Shown here in pieces: positions 10,154-19,727 of a DNA stretch of 64,000 nt; position 1 is the first letter of the stretch; each line of letters starts with the position of its first letter. Location: contig JAPLXS010000004.1 in NCBI GenBank assembly GCA_026395965.1, forward strand, positions 686 through 64,685, given 5' to 3'. Position numbers and translations under genes: made by a program. A model generated the notes under the pieces. It made no database searches, had not been told where the DNA came from, and saw nothing but the letters and a program-made list of their open reading frames with translations. This DNA is from Candidatus Nomurabacteria bacterium. GTDB lineage: Bacteria; Patescibacteriota; Minisyncoccia; Phycocordibacterales; UBA9973.

Positions 10154-11365
10154 ATGTTATACAATTACGAGGCACTTACAAGTACAGGAGAAAAAAAGAC
10201 TGGAACCATAGATACAGGTTCCAAGGACTTAGCTATTGCAGCTATTCAGCGTAGAGGTTTGATTCTTTCTTCCATCAAAGAAGATACAGGCAAAAAAGGA
10301 TTTTTAAATATATCATTTTTCAATACGGGGAGTGTTCCTATGAAAGATATCGTGATAATGTCTAGACAAATGTCTACTCTTTTCGAATCACAAGTTGCTG
10401 CACTAAAAGCATTTAACCTACTTTCAGAAAATACTGCAAATAAATACCTAGCAAACATACTATCTATAGTTGCCGAGGATATTAAATCCGGAGTATATAT
10501 ATCTGTTGCTTTATCAAAACACCCCAAAGTATTTTCTGACTTTTATGTGAACATGGTTAAGTCAGGAGAAGAATCAGGTAAACTCACACAGACTTTTTCT
10601 TATCTTGCAGACTATCTTGATCGTCAGTATCAACTTTCATCAAAGACTAAAAATGCTCTTATATACCCAGGGTTCGTTATTGGAGTTTTCTTTATTGTTA
10701 TGACAATGATGTTTGTTTTTATTATCCCAAAACTTACTTCTATTATTAAAGAGTCAGGAATGGCAATACCATTTTTTACAAAGATTATAATGGCAACCAG
10801 TGATTTCCTTATAAATTATGGAATTATCTTATTGATAGGACTAGCAATTTTTGTTGTATATATTGTTCGTTTTTCTAGTAGTGAAAGTGGAAAAATGTAT
10901 TTTGATAGATTGAAAATAACACTACCAGTTTTTAAAAATATATATTCAAAGCTTTATCTTGCTCGTATTTCAGATAATATGGATACAATGCTTTCGTCTA
11001 GTATACCTATCGTTCGTGCGATAGAGCTTACTGGTGCAGTGACAGGCAATAGAGTATATGAACAAATATTAAAAGACGTTGCAGATTCTGTAAAATCCGG
11101 TAGCTCTCTGTCAGAAGCTTTTGGAAAACATAGCGAGATACCAAGTATAATGTCAGGTATGATTCGTGTGGGGGAAGAAACAGGCTCTATTGGTAATATT
11201 TTGAAAACTTTAGGACATTTTTATACTAGAGAAGTAAATGATGCCGTCGACACTATGGTTAGTTTGATCGAACCTATCATGATTATAATGCTAGGTCTTG
11301 GGGTTGGAATACTTCTTGCTGCGATTTTGATGCCTATTTATGATATCGCTGGAGGTATAAGTTAG
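10154..11365 (+). CDS. pilC: Type IV pilus platform protein PilC/GspF
   Basis: Two T2SSF repeats (GEESGKL, GEETGS) and EP..II..G. Confidence 0.92.
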   Translation: MLYNYEALTSTGEKKTGTIDTGSKDLAIAAIQRRGLILSSIKEDTGKKGFLNISFFNTGSVPMKDIVIMSRQMSTLFESQVAALKAFNLLSENTANKYLANILSIVAEDIKSGVYISVALSKHPKVFSDFYVNMVKSGEESGKLTQTFSYLADYLDRQYQLSSKTKNALIYPGFVIGVFFIVMTMMFVFIIPKLTSIIKESGMAIPFFTKIIMATSDFLINYGIILLIGLAIFVVYIVRFSSSESGKMYFDRLKITLPVFKNIYSKLYLARISDNMDTMLSSSIPIVRAIELTGAVTGNRVYEQILKDVADSVKSGSSLSEAFGKHSEIPSIMSGMIRVGEETGSIGNILKTLGHFYTREVNDAVDTMVSLIEPIMIIMLGLGVGILLAAILMPIYDIAGGIS

Positions 11366-11561
11366 AAATAAGTTTGCTTTAATTGATTATATGATATAAT
11401 GATTAAAGTTAAATGATTAAAAGTAGAGTCGCGTCTTTTTACAAAGATAAATTATTAAAATTAAATTAATGTCGTATTTCAATTGTCGCCATGCGGCTTT
11501 GATTTAAATCAAACAGATAAGTTTAGGGGATTATCATTCTAAACTATCTATATAAAAATAT

Positions 11562-12062
11562 ATGAATAAAAATAAAGGTTTTACACTTATTGAATTGTTG
11601 GTTGTTATTGCTATTATCGGTATCTTGTCTTCAGTTGTTTTAGCCTCATTAAACACAGCTCGTACTAAAGGATCTGATGCTGCTGTTAAGTCAAACCTAT
11701 CAAACATGAGAGCTCAAGCAGAACTTCAGTACAATGAATATGGTTGTTATACAGTCTCAGGAGCATGTAATGCTACAACACCAGCTGCTGTTGCTGCGGG
11801 TGCTTGTGTTGCTACTGCTAGTACTCTTTTTGCTCAGACAAATATTTCATCTGCAATTACATCTGCATTAAATGCTGGTGGAGGACTTTCTTCTTGTAAG
11901 TCATCAGTTGGAGGAGGTGCATGGGCTACAATAGTGCAAGAAAAGTCAGCAACAAAATCATGGTGCGTAGATAGTACTGGAGCTTCAAAAGAAATAACAA
12001 TTCCTGCTTCTCCTCTCCAGTCAGATTTAGATGGGCATCTTTCTACTGGTGCTTGTGTATAA
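11562..12062 (+). CDS. pilA: Major type IV pilin
   Basis: KGFTLIELLVVIAIIGIL; own promoter (about 11391) and terminator. Confidence 0.85.
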   Translation: MNKNKGFTLIELLVVIAIIGILSSVVLASLNTARTKGSDAAVKSNLSNMRAQAELQYNEYGCYTVSGACNATTPAAVAAGACVATASTLFAQTNISSAITSALNAGGGLSSCKSSVGGGAWATIVQEKSATKSWCVDSTGASKEITIPASPLQSDLDGHLSTGACV

Positions 12063-12076
12063 TCATAAATTTTAAA

Positions 12077-12106
12077 TTAAAAAACCACCTTCGGGTGGTT
12101 TTTTAA
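12077..12106 (+). terminator. Intrinsic terminator after the pilin gene
   Basis: AAAAAACCACC-TTCG-GGTGGTTTTTT. Confidence 0.85.
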
Positions 12107-12133
12107 TTATATTTTTATGAAGTATAAAAATAC

Positions 12134-12250
12134 ATTTGCTTATGCTCTTCGTTTGTTGTTATATGGGGTACCATAGAACAACAGCGTTCGGACATTATGC
12201 AAATTAAAGATTACTTTATTTGCATATGCTCCTCACTTGTTGTTATAATA
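12134..12250. repeat. Second copy of the double-hairpin element, ending in a TGTTATAAT promoter
   Basis: Near-identical to 8573-8689. Confidence 0.9.
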
Positions 12251-12255
12251 TACAC

Positions 12256-13068
12256 ATGTATATACTAATATTTGCATTCATTTTTTTAATAGGTACTATT
12301 ATTGGAAGTTTTTTAAATGTAGTTATTTATAGATTTAATACAGGTATGACTCTAGTAAACGGAAGATCTATTTGTATGACTTGCAACAGAAATCTTAGAT
12401 GGTTTGAGCTTATACCAGTTTTAAGTTTTTTGATTCAGTCTGGTAAATGCCGTCGTTGTGAGAGCAAGATATCTCATCAGTATCCTATTGTTGAATTTTT
12501 GACTGGTGTTGTATTTACTCTCGTTGCATACAAATTTATGCCAATTTTATACTTTTCAAGCCAAATGTATTTTTCTCTTGTTTTGTTATATATGTTTATG
12601 TTTTCTGTTTTAATAGTTATTTCTGTATATGATTTACGTCATAAAATAATCCCAGACAAATTGGTTATTATATTTATCATTTCTGCATTTTTATCTATGT
12701 TTATAAATTCATCTCCATTTGGACCTCTATTTATAATCCCATCATACGCTGCTCTAGTTTCTGGACCTATGCTAGCTTTGCCTTTTGCTCTACTTTGGTT
12801 GTTTTCAAAGGGGCGTCTTATGGGTCTAGGGGACGGGAAACTAGTTTTAGGTATTGGATGGATGCTTGGACTTTCTTCGGGTATCTTTATGGCAGTATTA
12901 TCATTTTGGATTGGTACTATCGTAAGTGTTGCTTTGATATTTTTATCCAAAAATAAAATAAATATGAAGTCAGAAATACCATTTGCACCATTTCTTATTG
13001 TAAGTGCACTTATTGTATTTATTTTTAATTTAGATGTTTTTTCTTTAATTAGATTATTTAGTATATAA
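12256..13068 (+). CDS. pilD: Prepilin peptidase
   Basis: GSFLNVVIYR, RS.CxxC, GKCRRC, MGLGDGKL and IPFAPFL; start moved to 12256. Confidence 0.92.
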   Translation: MYILIFAFIFLIGTIIGSFLNVVIYRFNTGMTLVNGRSICMTCNRNLRWFELIPVLSFLIQSGKCRRCESKISHQYPIVEFLTGVVFTLVAYKFMPILYFSSQMYFSLVLLYMFMFSVLIVISVYDLRHKIIPDKLVIIFIISAFLSMFINSSPFGPLFIIPSYAALVSGPMLALPFALLWLFSKGRLMGLGDGKLVLGIGWMLGLSSGIFMAVLSFWIGTIVSVALIFLSKNKINMKSEIPFAPFLIVSALIVFIFNLDVFSLIRLFSI

Positions 13069-13085
13069 TTAATTTTATATTTAAA

Positions 13086-13757
13086 ATGTTCAAAAATTTT
13101 GATAATGTAAAATACAACAAAGGAGTAACCCTTATTGAGTTATTAGTTGTTATTTTTATATTTGTTGTAATTTCTGGAATTACTATTTTTGATTATGGTA
13201 AATTTAAATCATCTCTATCTATACAAAATCTTGCAGATGACATAGCTCTTTCTGTGCGAAAAGCTCAAGGGTATGCCATAGGTGTGCATAGATCAAGTAG
13301 TGTTTTTGATACTGGTTATGGAATTCATTTTTCTGTGAATCAAGAGAACTTAGGTTCTGGTAGGTACTCTGGAACAGATAAATCATTCGTTATATTTTCT
13401 GATATAAACAATGATAAAATATATGATTATGGTGAAAATTGTGGAACTCCAGCTACTGGTGATGAGTGTCTTGAACTATTAAATATATCAAGTATCGATA
13501 AGATAATAGGTATAAGATACTATGATGGTCATGTTCTTAGTGATACATTAACTAAAACAAAAAATACTCTAGATATTGTTTTCAAACGACCCAACCCAGA
13601 ACCAACATTTTGCTATAAGAATGATGGAAGCGATTCTGCCTGTGACACTATACCAGGTCTTTCTTATGTACAGGTTATAATATCAAGTAATACTATTCCT
13701 GCTGTTACCAAAACAATAACGATTTCAAACAGTGGTCAGATAAGTGTTGCAAATTAA
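13086..13757 (+). CDS. Minor pilin (FimT/GspH-like)
   Basis: KGVTLIELLVV class III signal. Confidence 0.8.
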   Translation: MFKNFDNVKYNKGVTLIELLVVIFIFVVISGITIFDYGKFKSSLSIQNLADDIALSVRKAQGYAIGVHRSSSVFDTGYGIHFSVNQENLGSGRYSGTDKSFVIFSDINNDKIYDYGENCGTPATGDECLELLNISSIDKIIGIRYYDGHVLSDTLTKTKNTLDIVFKRPNPEPTFCYKNDGSDSACDTIPGLSYVQVIISSNTIPAVTKTITISNSGQISVAN

Positions 13758-13760
13758 TAA

Positions 13761-14348
13761 ATGAAAATAAATAATAAAAAAACAAATAGGGGATTTACTT
13801 TGATAGAGCTTATGGTTGCAACCTCTATTTTTGTGGTTATAATGCTTGCTTCTATGGGGGCACTATTTACTCTTTTGGATGCATCCAAAACTTCAAGAGC
13901 CTTACGTTTTGCTATGGATAATGTCAATTTTGCAATGGAGAGTATGACTCGTTCTATCCGTATGGGTACAGATTATTATTGTGCTCCAGCTGAGACTGGA
14001 GCCTCTCCCGAATTAATTCCTGTTTCTACTCAGGATTGTGTACCACCAGAAGTTAATAGTGGTACTTTAATTGCATTCAAACCTCAAGATCCATCTGCTA
14101 CAAATAAAATACTTTATCAGTTAGACAGTGTAACTAAATCAATTCAGGTTATGAAAGACGGTTCAACATGGACATCTATCACATCACCAGATGTTCAGAT
14201 AGATAGATTGAGGTTTATTGTAAAAGGCTCTGCCCCCGATGATAATATACAGCCAAGTGTTTATATAATAATGAAAGGAACGGTTCTTGTAAAAGGTATT
14301 CCGACATCTTTTGCAATACAAACACTAGCCTCACAACGCAATTTCTAA
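13761..14348 (+). CDS. Minor pilin (PilW/GspJ-like)
   Basis: RGFTLIELMVA. Confidence 0.8.
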   Translation: MKINNKKTNRGFTLIELMVATSIFVVIMLASMGALFTLLDASKTSRALRFAMDNVNFAMESMTRSIRMGTDYYCAPAETGASPELIPVSTQDCVPPEVNSGTLIAFKPQDPSATNKILYQLDSVTKSIQVMKDGSTWTSITSPDVQIDRLRFIVKGSAPDDNIQPSVYIIMKGTVLVKGIPTSFAIQTLASQRNF

Positions 14349-14353
14349 ATAAT

Positions 14354-14929
14354 ATGACCAATAAATTTACAAAAAAAAATAGTGGATTTACTTTAGTAGA
14401 AGCGATGGTTGCAGTTCTTATACTGACTCTAACCGTAGCTAGTCTTATGACTGTTGTTGCAAATAGTTTATTTACTGCTAGATATGCTAGTGATGATATA
14501 ACCGCTAGTTATCTCATGCAGGAAGCTGTAGACTATATAAGAAATGATCGTGATTCAAGTATTTTCTTGCAAAATTCTACTTGGGATGAATTCAAACATA
14601 AATATGATAATTGTTTACCTGAAGTAAATGGGTGTTATCTTGATGTAGTAAATAAAGAAGGAACTGAGCCATTGCCTGCACCATATTTTGTTAGTACTCA
14701 TTATTTGTATTATGATGACCATGCCGAGACTACTCCATATTATGTTACTGATACAGGACCTGATTCTATATCAGGTATGCTCAAAACTAGTTTTCAAAGA
14801 AAAATAGTTGTAACTAATATGCCAGAAACACCAGATGAGATGGATATAGCAGTTACAGTTACATGGCTAAATGGTGGTTCAGTCAAAACAAGAACTCTCA
14901 CGTCTACTCTGACAAATTGGCAACAATAA
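14354..14929 (+). CDS. Minor pilin (PilV/GspI-like)
   Basis: SGFTLVEAMVA. Confidence 0.8.
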   Translation: MTNKFTKKNSGFTLVEAMVAVLILTLTVASLMTVVANSLFTARYASDDITASYLMQEAVDYIRNDRDSSIFLQNSTWDEFKHKYDNCLPEVNGCYLDVVNKEGTEPLPAPYFVSTHYLYYDDHAETTPYYVTDTGPDSISGMLKTSFQRKIVVTNMPETPDEMDIAVTVTWLNGGSVKTRTLTSTLTNWQQ

Positions 14930-14977
14930 TTTGTGAGATAAGATTTATTGCAGATTCGTTTCAATTGTTCATAAAAT

Positions 14978-15547
14978 ATGAAAAAAAATATTATACAAAA
15001 AAATATAAAAAACATTAAAATAAGTGCATCGAGATTTTTTTCTAGTTTAATAACTAAAAAACAAAATGGATATGCAATTTTATTTACTGTTGTTATAGTT
15101 AGTGCTATTGCTGTAATCAGCGCAGGTCTCTCTAGTACAGCATACAAACAGCTGATTCTTTCTTCTCTTGCAAAAGATTCTCAGACTGCATTTTACCAAG
15201 CAGATTCTGCTGATGATTGTGCTTTGTATGCAGACAGAGTGGAGAGAGCTATCACTCCAACAAATCTTTTCACAGTAGGAGGAGGTGCTTTTGCTTGCGG
15301 TAATCAAAACTCAATCTTAACTGCAGGTGGAAGTGAAGGAGATGAATTCGGAAATACTTTTACTACAGACACAATATACCCATCAGATGAAACATCTCTA
15401 AGTCCTTGTTTTAGAATAGAAATATCTAAAACTACAAACCCGGTAGGTTTAATTAAAACAAAAATATCGTCAAAGGGTTATAATCTTTGTGACAAAAACA
15501 ACATAAGAACAGTAGAGCGTGAGATTGTAGTTAATTTTGAAGAGTAA
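14978..15547 (+). CDS. Minor pilin (PilX/GspK-like)
   Basis: NGYAILFTVV lacking E5; AFYQADSA.DCA. Confidence 0.7.
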   Translation: MKKNIIQKNIKNIKISASRFFSSLITKKQNGYAILFTVVIVSAIAVISAGLSSTAYKQLILSSLAKDSQTAFYQADSADDCALYADRVERAITPTNLFTVGGGAFACGNQNSILTAGGSEGDEFGNTFTTDTIYPSDETSLSPCFRIEISKTTNPVGLIKTKISSKGYNLCDKNNIRTVEREIVVNFEE

Positions 15548-15551
15548 TACC

Positions 15552-17711
15552 ATGAAAGACCAAGATGCTAAAAACCGAATACAAAAACTTCGGGAAGAAA
15601 TTTCTCGTTTAAGATTCCTTTATCATGTAGAAGATTCTCCAGATGTTACAGATGATGTCTATGATTCTCTAAATAATGAGCTTAAATCTCTATTAGAAAA
15701 GTATCCTGAATATGTAGATATAAATGCTCCAGAAAACAGAGTAGGAGGTAAACCTCTCGACAAATTTACAAAAGTTAAACATGAGATAAGAATGCTTTCC
15801 ATGAATGATGTTTTTTCATTTCCTGAAGTATTAGAATGGGAAAATAGAATTTCTAAAATTACAAACAAAAAACACTCATATTTTTGTGAATTAAAGTTAG
15901 ATGGATTGTCCGCCTCTCTTATATATAAAGATGGATTATTTGTAGAAGGTTCTACTCGCGGGGATGGTTGGATAGGTGAAGACGTAACAGAAAATCTAAA
16001 AATGATAGATACTATTCCACTTCAACTTGAGGCTCCATATCCACCTTACTTAGAGATACGTGGGGAAGTGGTAATGCAAAAGAAGGTTTGGTTGTCTTTA
16101 AATAAAATACAAGAAAAGGAAGGCAAGCAACCTTTTGCAAATACCAGAAACGCAGCAGCAGGTAGCTTGCGACAGCTCGACCCAAAGATTGCAAGACAAA
16201 GAAAGCTTGATTTTTTTGCATGGGATTTAACTCAATTTAAAAATATAAATGAAGAATTACGAATTAAAAATCACTCTGAAAAACATGACTTACTGAGAAA
16301 ACTTGGATTTAAGGTTCCTCCTTATGAAAAAAAAGCAGAAACACCTGAGCAGGTTTTTGCATTTATTGAAGAGGTTGAAAAAATACGTCAAAACTTGCCT
16401 TATGGTACAGATGGTATTGTTGTATCCATAGACGAGCTTGAATTACAAGAAAATCTAGGAGTTGTAGGAAAAGCACCACGTTATATGGTTGCATATAAAT
16501 ACCAAGCAGAGCGTGCCACAACTATACTCAAAGACATTACGGTCAACGTAGGACGCACAGGAGTACTTACACCTGTAGCACATTTCAACCCAACACTCGT
16601 AGCCGGTTCTACTGTTTCAAAAGCTACACTTCACAATATAGACCAGATAAATAGACTCGATATTCGTATTGGTGATACTGTTGTAATACAAAAAGCAGGA
16701 GATGTGATACCTGAAGTAGTAGAAGTTCTTTCCAATATGAGAACAGGTAAAGAAAAGAAATTTAAAATGCCAGAAAATTGCCCTGTGTGCGAATCAAAAG
16801 TTGAACAGAGGCAAGCTGGGGTTATAGGAAATTATATAAGCAAGGCCGGAATCAAACAAAGCTCCTCTTCGCAAATGAATTTAACCCCCCGACTAAGAAA
16901 AAGTTCTATGAGTAATGGTCTGGCACCTCTCCTCCCTCGTCCGAGGACCTTACAAAGAGAAGCTTTTTCTGAATCGGGGGGAATTTCCGTTGCTTTTTAC
17001 TGCACCAATAAAAATTGTCCTGCACGCAGCAGAAGAGGCCTACAGCACTTTGTAAACATTTTTGAAATCTACGAGATAGGTCCTAGGATTCTAGATAGAT
17101 TAAAAGACGAAGGTTTGGTAAGTGACGGGGCAGACCTATTTACACTTGAGAAAGCAGATTTATCAGGACTTGAGCGCTTTGGAGAAAAGTCAGCAGATAA
17201 TATTATTTCCTCAATACAATTACACAAAAAGATTTCTCTTTGGAGATTTATATATTCTCTGGGAATAATTCACGTAGGAGAGCAGACAGCTCGCGACCTA
17301 GCTGATCATTTTGGAAAATTAGAAAAAATAATATCCTCTAGTGTTGATGAAATAAATTCAATCGCAAATATTGGACCAGTAGTGTCACAAAGTGTTTATG
17401 AGTATTTCCACGATAAAACAAATATTCATTTTATAGAAAAACTTATAGACAACGGAGTCTCTATTTATCACGAGAAAGTAAAGAGTTTAAAACTTTCTGG
17501 TAAGACTTTTGTCCTTACAGGTACTCTATCTACTATGTCTCGCAATGATGCAAAGAAAAAGATTATTGATATGGGTGGAAGTGTAGCCTCTTCTGTATCT
17601 TCAAATACTAGTTATGTTATAAAAGGAGATAAGCCAGGAAGCAAGTACGATGAAGCCCTAGCTTTAGGAGTAAAAGTTCTAACTGAAAATGAGTTTTTAA
17701 AAATAATCTAG
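15552..17711 (+). CDS. ligA: NAD-dependent DNA ligase with an insertion of about 54 aa in the Zn finger
   Basis: ELKLDG, STRGDG, RNAAAGSLRQLD, HhH motifs and C-terminal BRCT; ATG at 15552. Confidence 0.95.
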   Translation: MKDQDAKNRIQKLREEISRLRFLYHVEDSPDVTDDVYDSLNNELKSLLEKYPEYVDINAPENRVGGKPLDKFTKVKHEIRMLSMNDVFSFPEVLEWENRISKITNKKHSYFCELKLDGLSASLIYKDGLFVEGSTRGDGWIGEDVTENLKMIDTIPLQLEAPYPPYLEIRGEVVMQKKVWLSLNKIQEKEGKQPFANTRNAAAGSLRQLDPKIARQRKLDFFAWDLTQFKNINEELRIKNHSEKHDLLRKLGFKVPPYEKKAETPEQVFAFIEEVEKIRQNLPYGTDGIVVSIDELELQENLGVVGKAPRYMVAYKYQAERATTILKDITVNVGRTGVLTPVAHFNPTLVAGSTVSKATLHNIDQINRLDIRIGDTVVIQKAGDVIPEVVEVLSNMRTGKEKKFKMPENCPVCESKVEQRQAGVIGNYISKAGIKQSSSSQMNLTPRLRKSSMSNGLAPLLPRPRTLQREAFSESGGISVAFYCTNKNCPARSRRGLQHFVNIFEIYEIGPRILDRLKDEGLVSDGADLFTLEKADLSGLERFGEKSADNIISSIQLHKKISLWRFIYSLGIIHVGEQTARDLADHFGKLEKIISSSVDEINSIANIGPVVSQSVYEYFHDKTNIHFIEKLIDNGVSIYHEKVKSLKLSGKTFVLTGTLSTMSRNDAKKKIIDMGGSVASSVSSNTSYVIKGDKPGSKYDEALALGVKVLTENEFLKII
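16827..16988 (+). repeat. In-frame palindromic insertion inside ligA
   Basis: GGAAATT/AATTTCC ends; internal IR 16885-16907 vs 16958-16981; 162 nt. Confidence 0.7.
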
Positions 17712-17841
17712 ATATGCTATTCTAATAATACTTGTCCCGTAGTAAATTTTTGATTAATTAAAATAAACAAATTAACTGAAATATTAAAATACGATACAAG
17801 GAGTGTTTATATATAATTTACTATTAAAATTTACTACTGGG

Positions 17842-18138
17842 ATGCAACTAGAAGATATAAAGAAATTGGCAGATTTAGCTCGTATTGATATGAGTGAAGA
17901 AGAAATGGTAAAAATCGCAAAAGATTTTGATCCTATTTTGGCATATGTTGGACAAGTTCAAGAAGCTCTTAAATTGAGCGAAGAAATTTCAGCAGATAAA
18001 AAACCAGAAGATTACTTTTTACATAATGTTATGCGCGAAGATATTGTTACAAATACTCGAGCAGAATACACAGAAAAGATAACAGCAGAAATGCCAGATA
18101 CACAAGATGGGTTTCTAAAAGTTAAACAAATACTGTAA
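17842..18138 (+). CDS. gatC: Asp/Glu-tRNA amidotransferase subunit C
   Basis: IKKLADLARI..., NVMRED and FLKVKQIL; upstream of gatA. Confidence 0.9.
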   Translation: MQLEDIKKLADLARIDMSEEEMVKIAKDFDPILAYVGQVQEALKLSEEISADKKPEDYFLHNVMREDIVTNTRAEYTEKITAEMPDTQDGFLKVKQIL

Positions 18139-18188
18139 ATCATCTTTGTTGTCCGTGTACAAATTTTTAGAAAAGGTAATTAATAAAT

Positions 18189-19625
18189 ATGAATACAAAA
18201 ATAAACTTAGAAAATCTAACAATAGAAAAAGCACATAACTCTCTTAAGAGTGGGGAATACACAGTTACAGAACTTGTGAATGCTTATTTGAATGTTATTA
18301 AAGAAAAGAATAATGAAATAAATGCATATAGAGAAGTATATAGTGACGTACTTGAGCAAGCTCTAGTCGCCGAGGAGATGTTCAAAAATGGAACTGCTAC
18401 ACTTATGACAGGTATTCCACTTGCTCTCAAAGACAATATGCTAGTAGACGGACACATTGCTTCTGCTTCATCTTTGATACTTGAAAATTACAAGGCTACT
18501 TATGATGCAGGTATTATAAAACAACTCAAAAATCAAGGTGCAGTTTTCCTAGGTAGAACCAATATGGATGAATTTGCTATGGGGTCTTCTACTGAAAATA
18601 GTGCATTTGGAAATACAAAAAACCCCCTAGATACTTCTCGTGTTCCAGGTGGTTCTTCTGGTGGTTCAGTGGCTGCAGTAGCTATGAATGGTACTCTCGT
18701 GTCCCTAGGAAGTGATACAGGTGGTTCTATACGCCAGCCTGCAGCTTTCTGCGGTTTGGTTGGATTAAAGCCTTCTTATGGAACTGTTTCTCGTTTCGGA
18801 ATTATATCAATGGGAAGCTCACTCGACCAAGTAGGTCCTTTTGGAAAAACAGTAAGAGATGCCGAAATTCTTTTCAATGCAATAAATGGTTACGATGAAA
18901 ATGATGGAACTTCTATAAAAAAAGAAAACAGATTACAATCCACCCCACTCAAAAAGAAGATAGGAGTACCTCGCTCTTTCCTCTCTGGAGATGGAACTGA
19001 TAAAGAAATAATGAAAAACTTTGAGGAAAGTTGTAAAAAGTTAGAAGCTGCTGGATATGAGATAGTAGATGTTTCACTTCCTTTGATCAAATACTCACTT
19101 GCGGTTTATTATATTATATCTCCAGCAGAAGTTTCTAGTAACTTGGCACGGTACGATGGTATTCGCTATGGATTGCATGAAGATGGCAAAAATCTTTATG
19201 AAGTATATACAAAGACCAGAGGAAAGGGTTTTGGAAAAGAAGTCCGTAGAAGAATATTGCTCGGAACATATATACTTTCTCATGGTTATTATGATGCCTA
19301 CTACAACACTGCAATAAAAGTACGTGATGCTATCAAAGATGAATTGACCAATATATTTTTAGAAGTAGATGCCATCATCACACCTACATCACCTATGATG
19401 CCTTTCAAATTTGGTGAAAAATCTGCAGATCCGATAAGCATGTACTTGGCGGATTTATTTTCTGTCCCTGCAAATATAGCTGGAATTCCTGCAGTATCTA
19501 TACCATCAGGGAAAAATGAACAAGGTTTACCTTTTGGTTTACATATCATGGCACCATTTTTACGTGAAGACATACTATTTACTATTGGGAAAGATTTTGA
19601 AAAACAAGCCCCACACAAAATTTAA
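18189..19625 (+). CDS. gatA: Asp/Glu-tRNA amidotransferase subunit A
   Basis: NMDEFAMGSS, PGGSSGGS, GSDTGGSIRQPA and SSNLARYDG. Confidence 0.95.
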   Translation: MNTKINLENLTIEKAHNSLKSGEYTVTELVNAYLNVIKEKNNEINAYREVYSDVLEQALVAEEMFKNGTATLMTGIPLALKDNMLVDGHIASASSLILENYKATYDAGIIKQLKNQGAVFLGRTNMDEFAMGSSTENSAFGNTKNPLDTSRVPGGSSGGSVAAVAMNGTLVSLGSDTGGSIRQPAAFCGLVGLKPSYGTVSRFGIISMGSSLDQVGPFGKTVRDAEILFNAINGYDENDGTSIKKENRLQSTPLKKKIGVPRSFLSGDGTDKEIMKNFEESCKKLEAAGYEIVDVSLPLIKYSLAVYYIISPAEVSSNLARYDGIRYGLHEDGKNLYEVYTKTRGKGFGKEVRRRILLGTYILSHGYYDAYYNTAIKVRDAIKDELTNIFLEVDAIITPTSPMMPFKFGEKSADPISMYLADLFSVPANIAGIPAVSIPSGKNEQGLPFGLHIMAPFLREDILFTIGKDFEKQAPHKI

Positions 19626-19727
19626 CAAATAAACCACGCAATGGTATATTGTAAGTAGTGATGATGCACACTCTGATTAATTTTAAGGTAATGTTTAAAT
19701 TTTAAACGGGGTAAATATAATAAAATT

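Noticed and set aside
3569-15547. Absence of the PilQ secretin as an anomaly
   Set aside because: Expected for an organism without an outer membrane; the gene could also lie outside the window
16827-16988. Intein or group I/II intron in ligA
   Set aside because: No Cys/Ser start with His-Asn end, and too short for a recognisable self-splicing intron core
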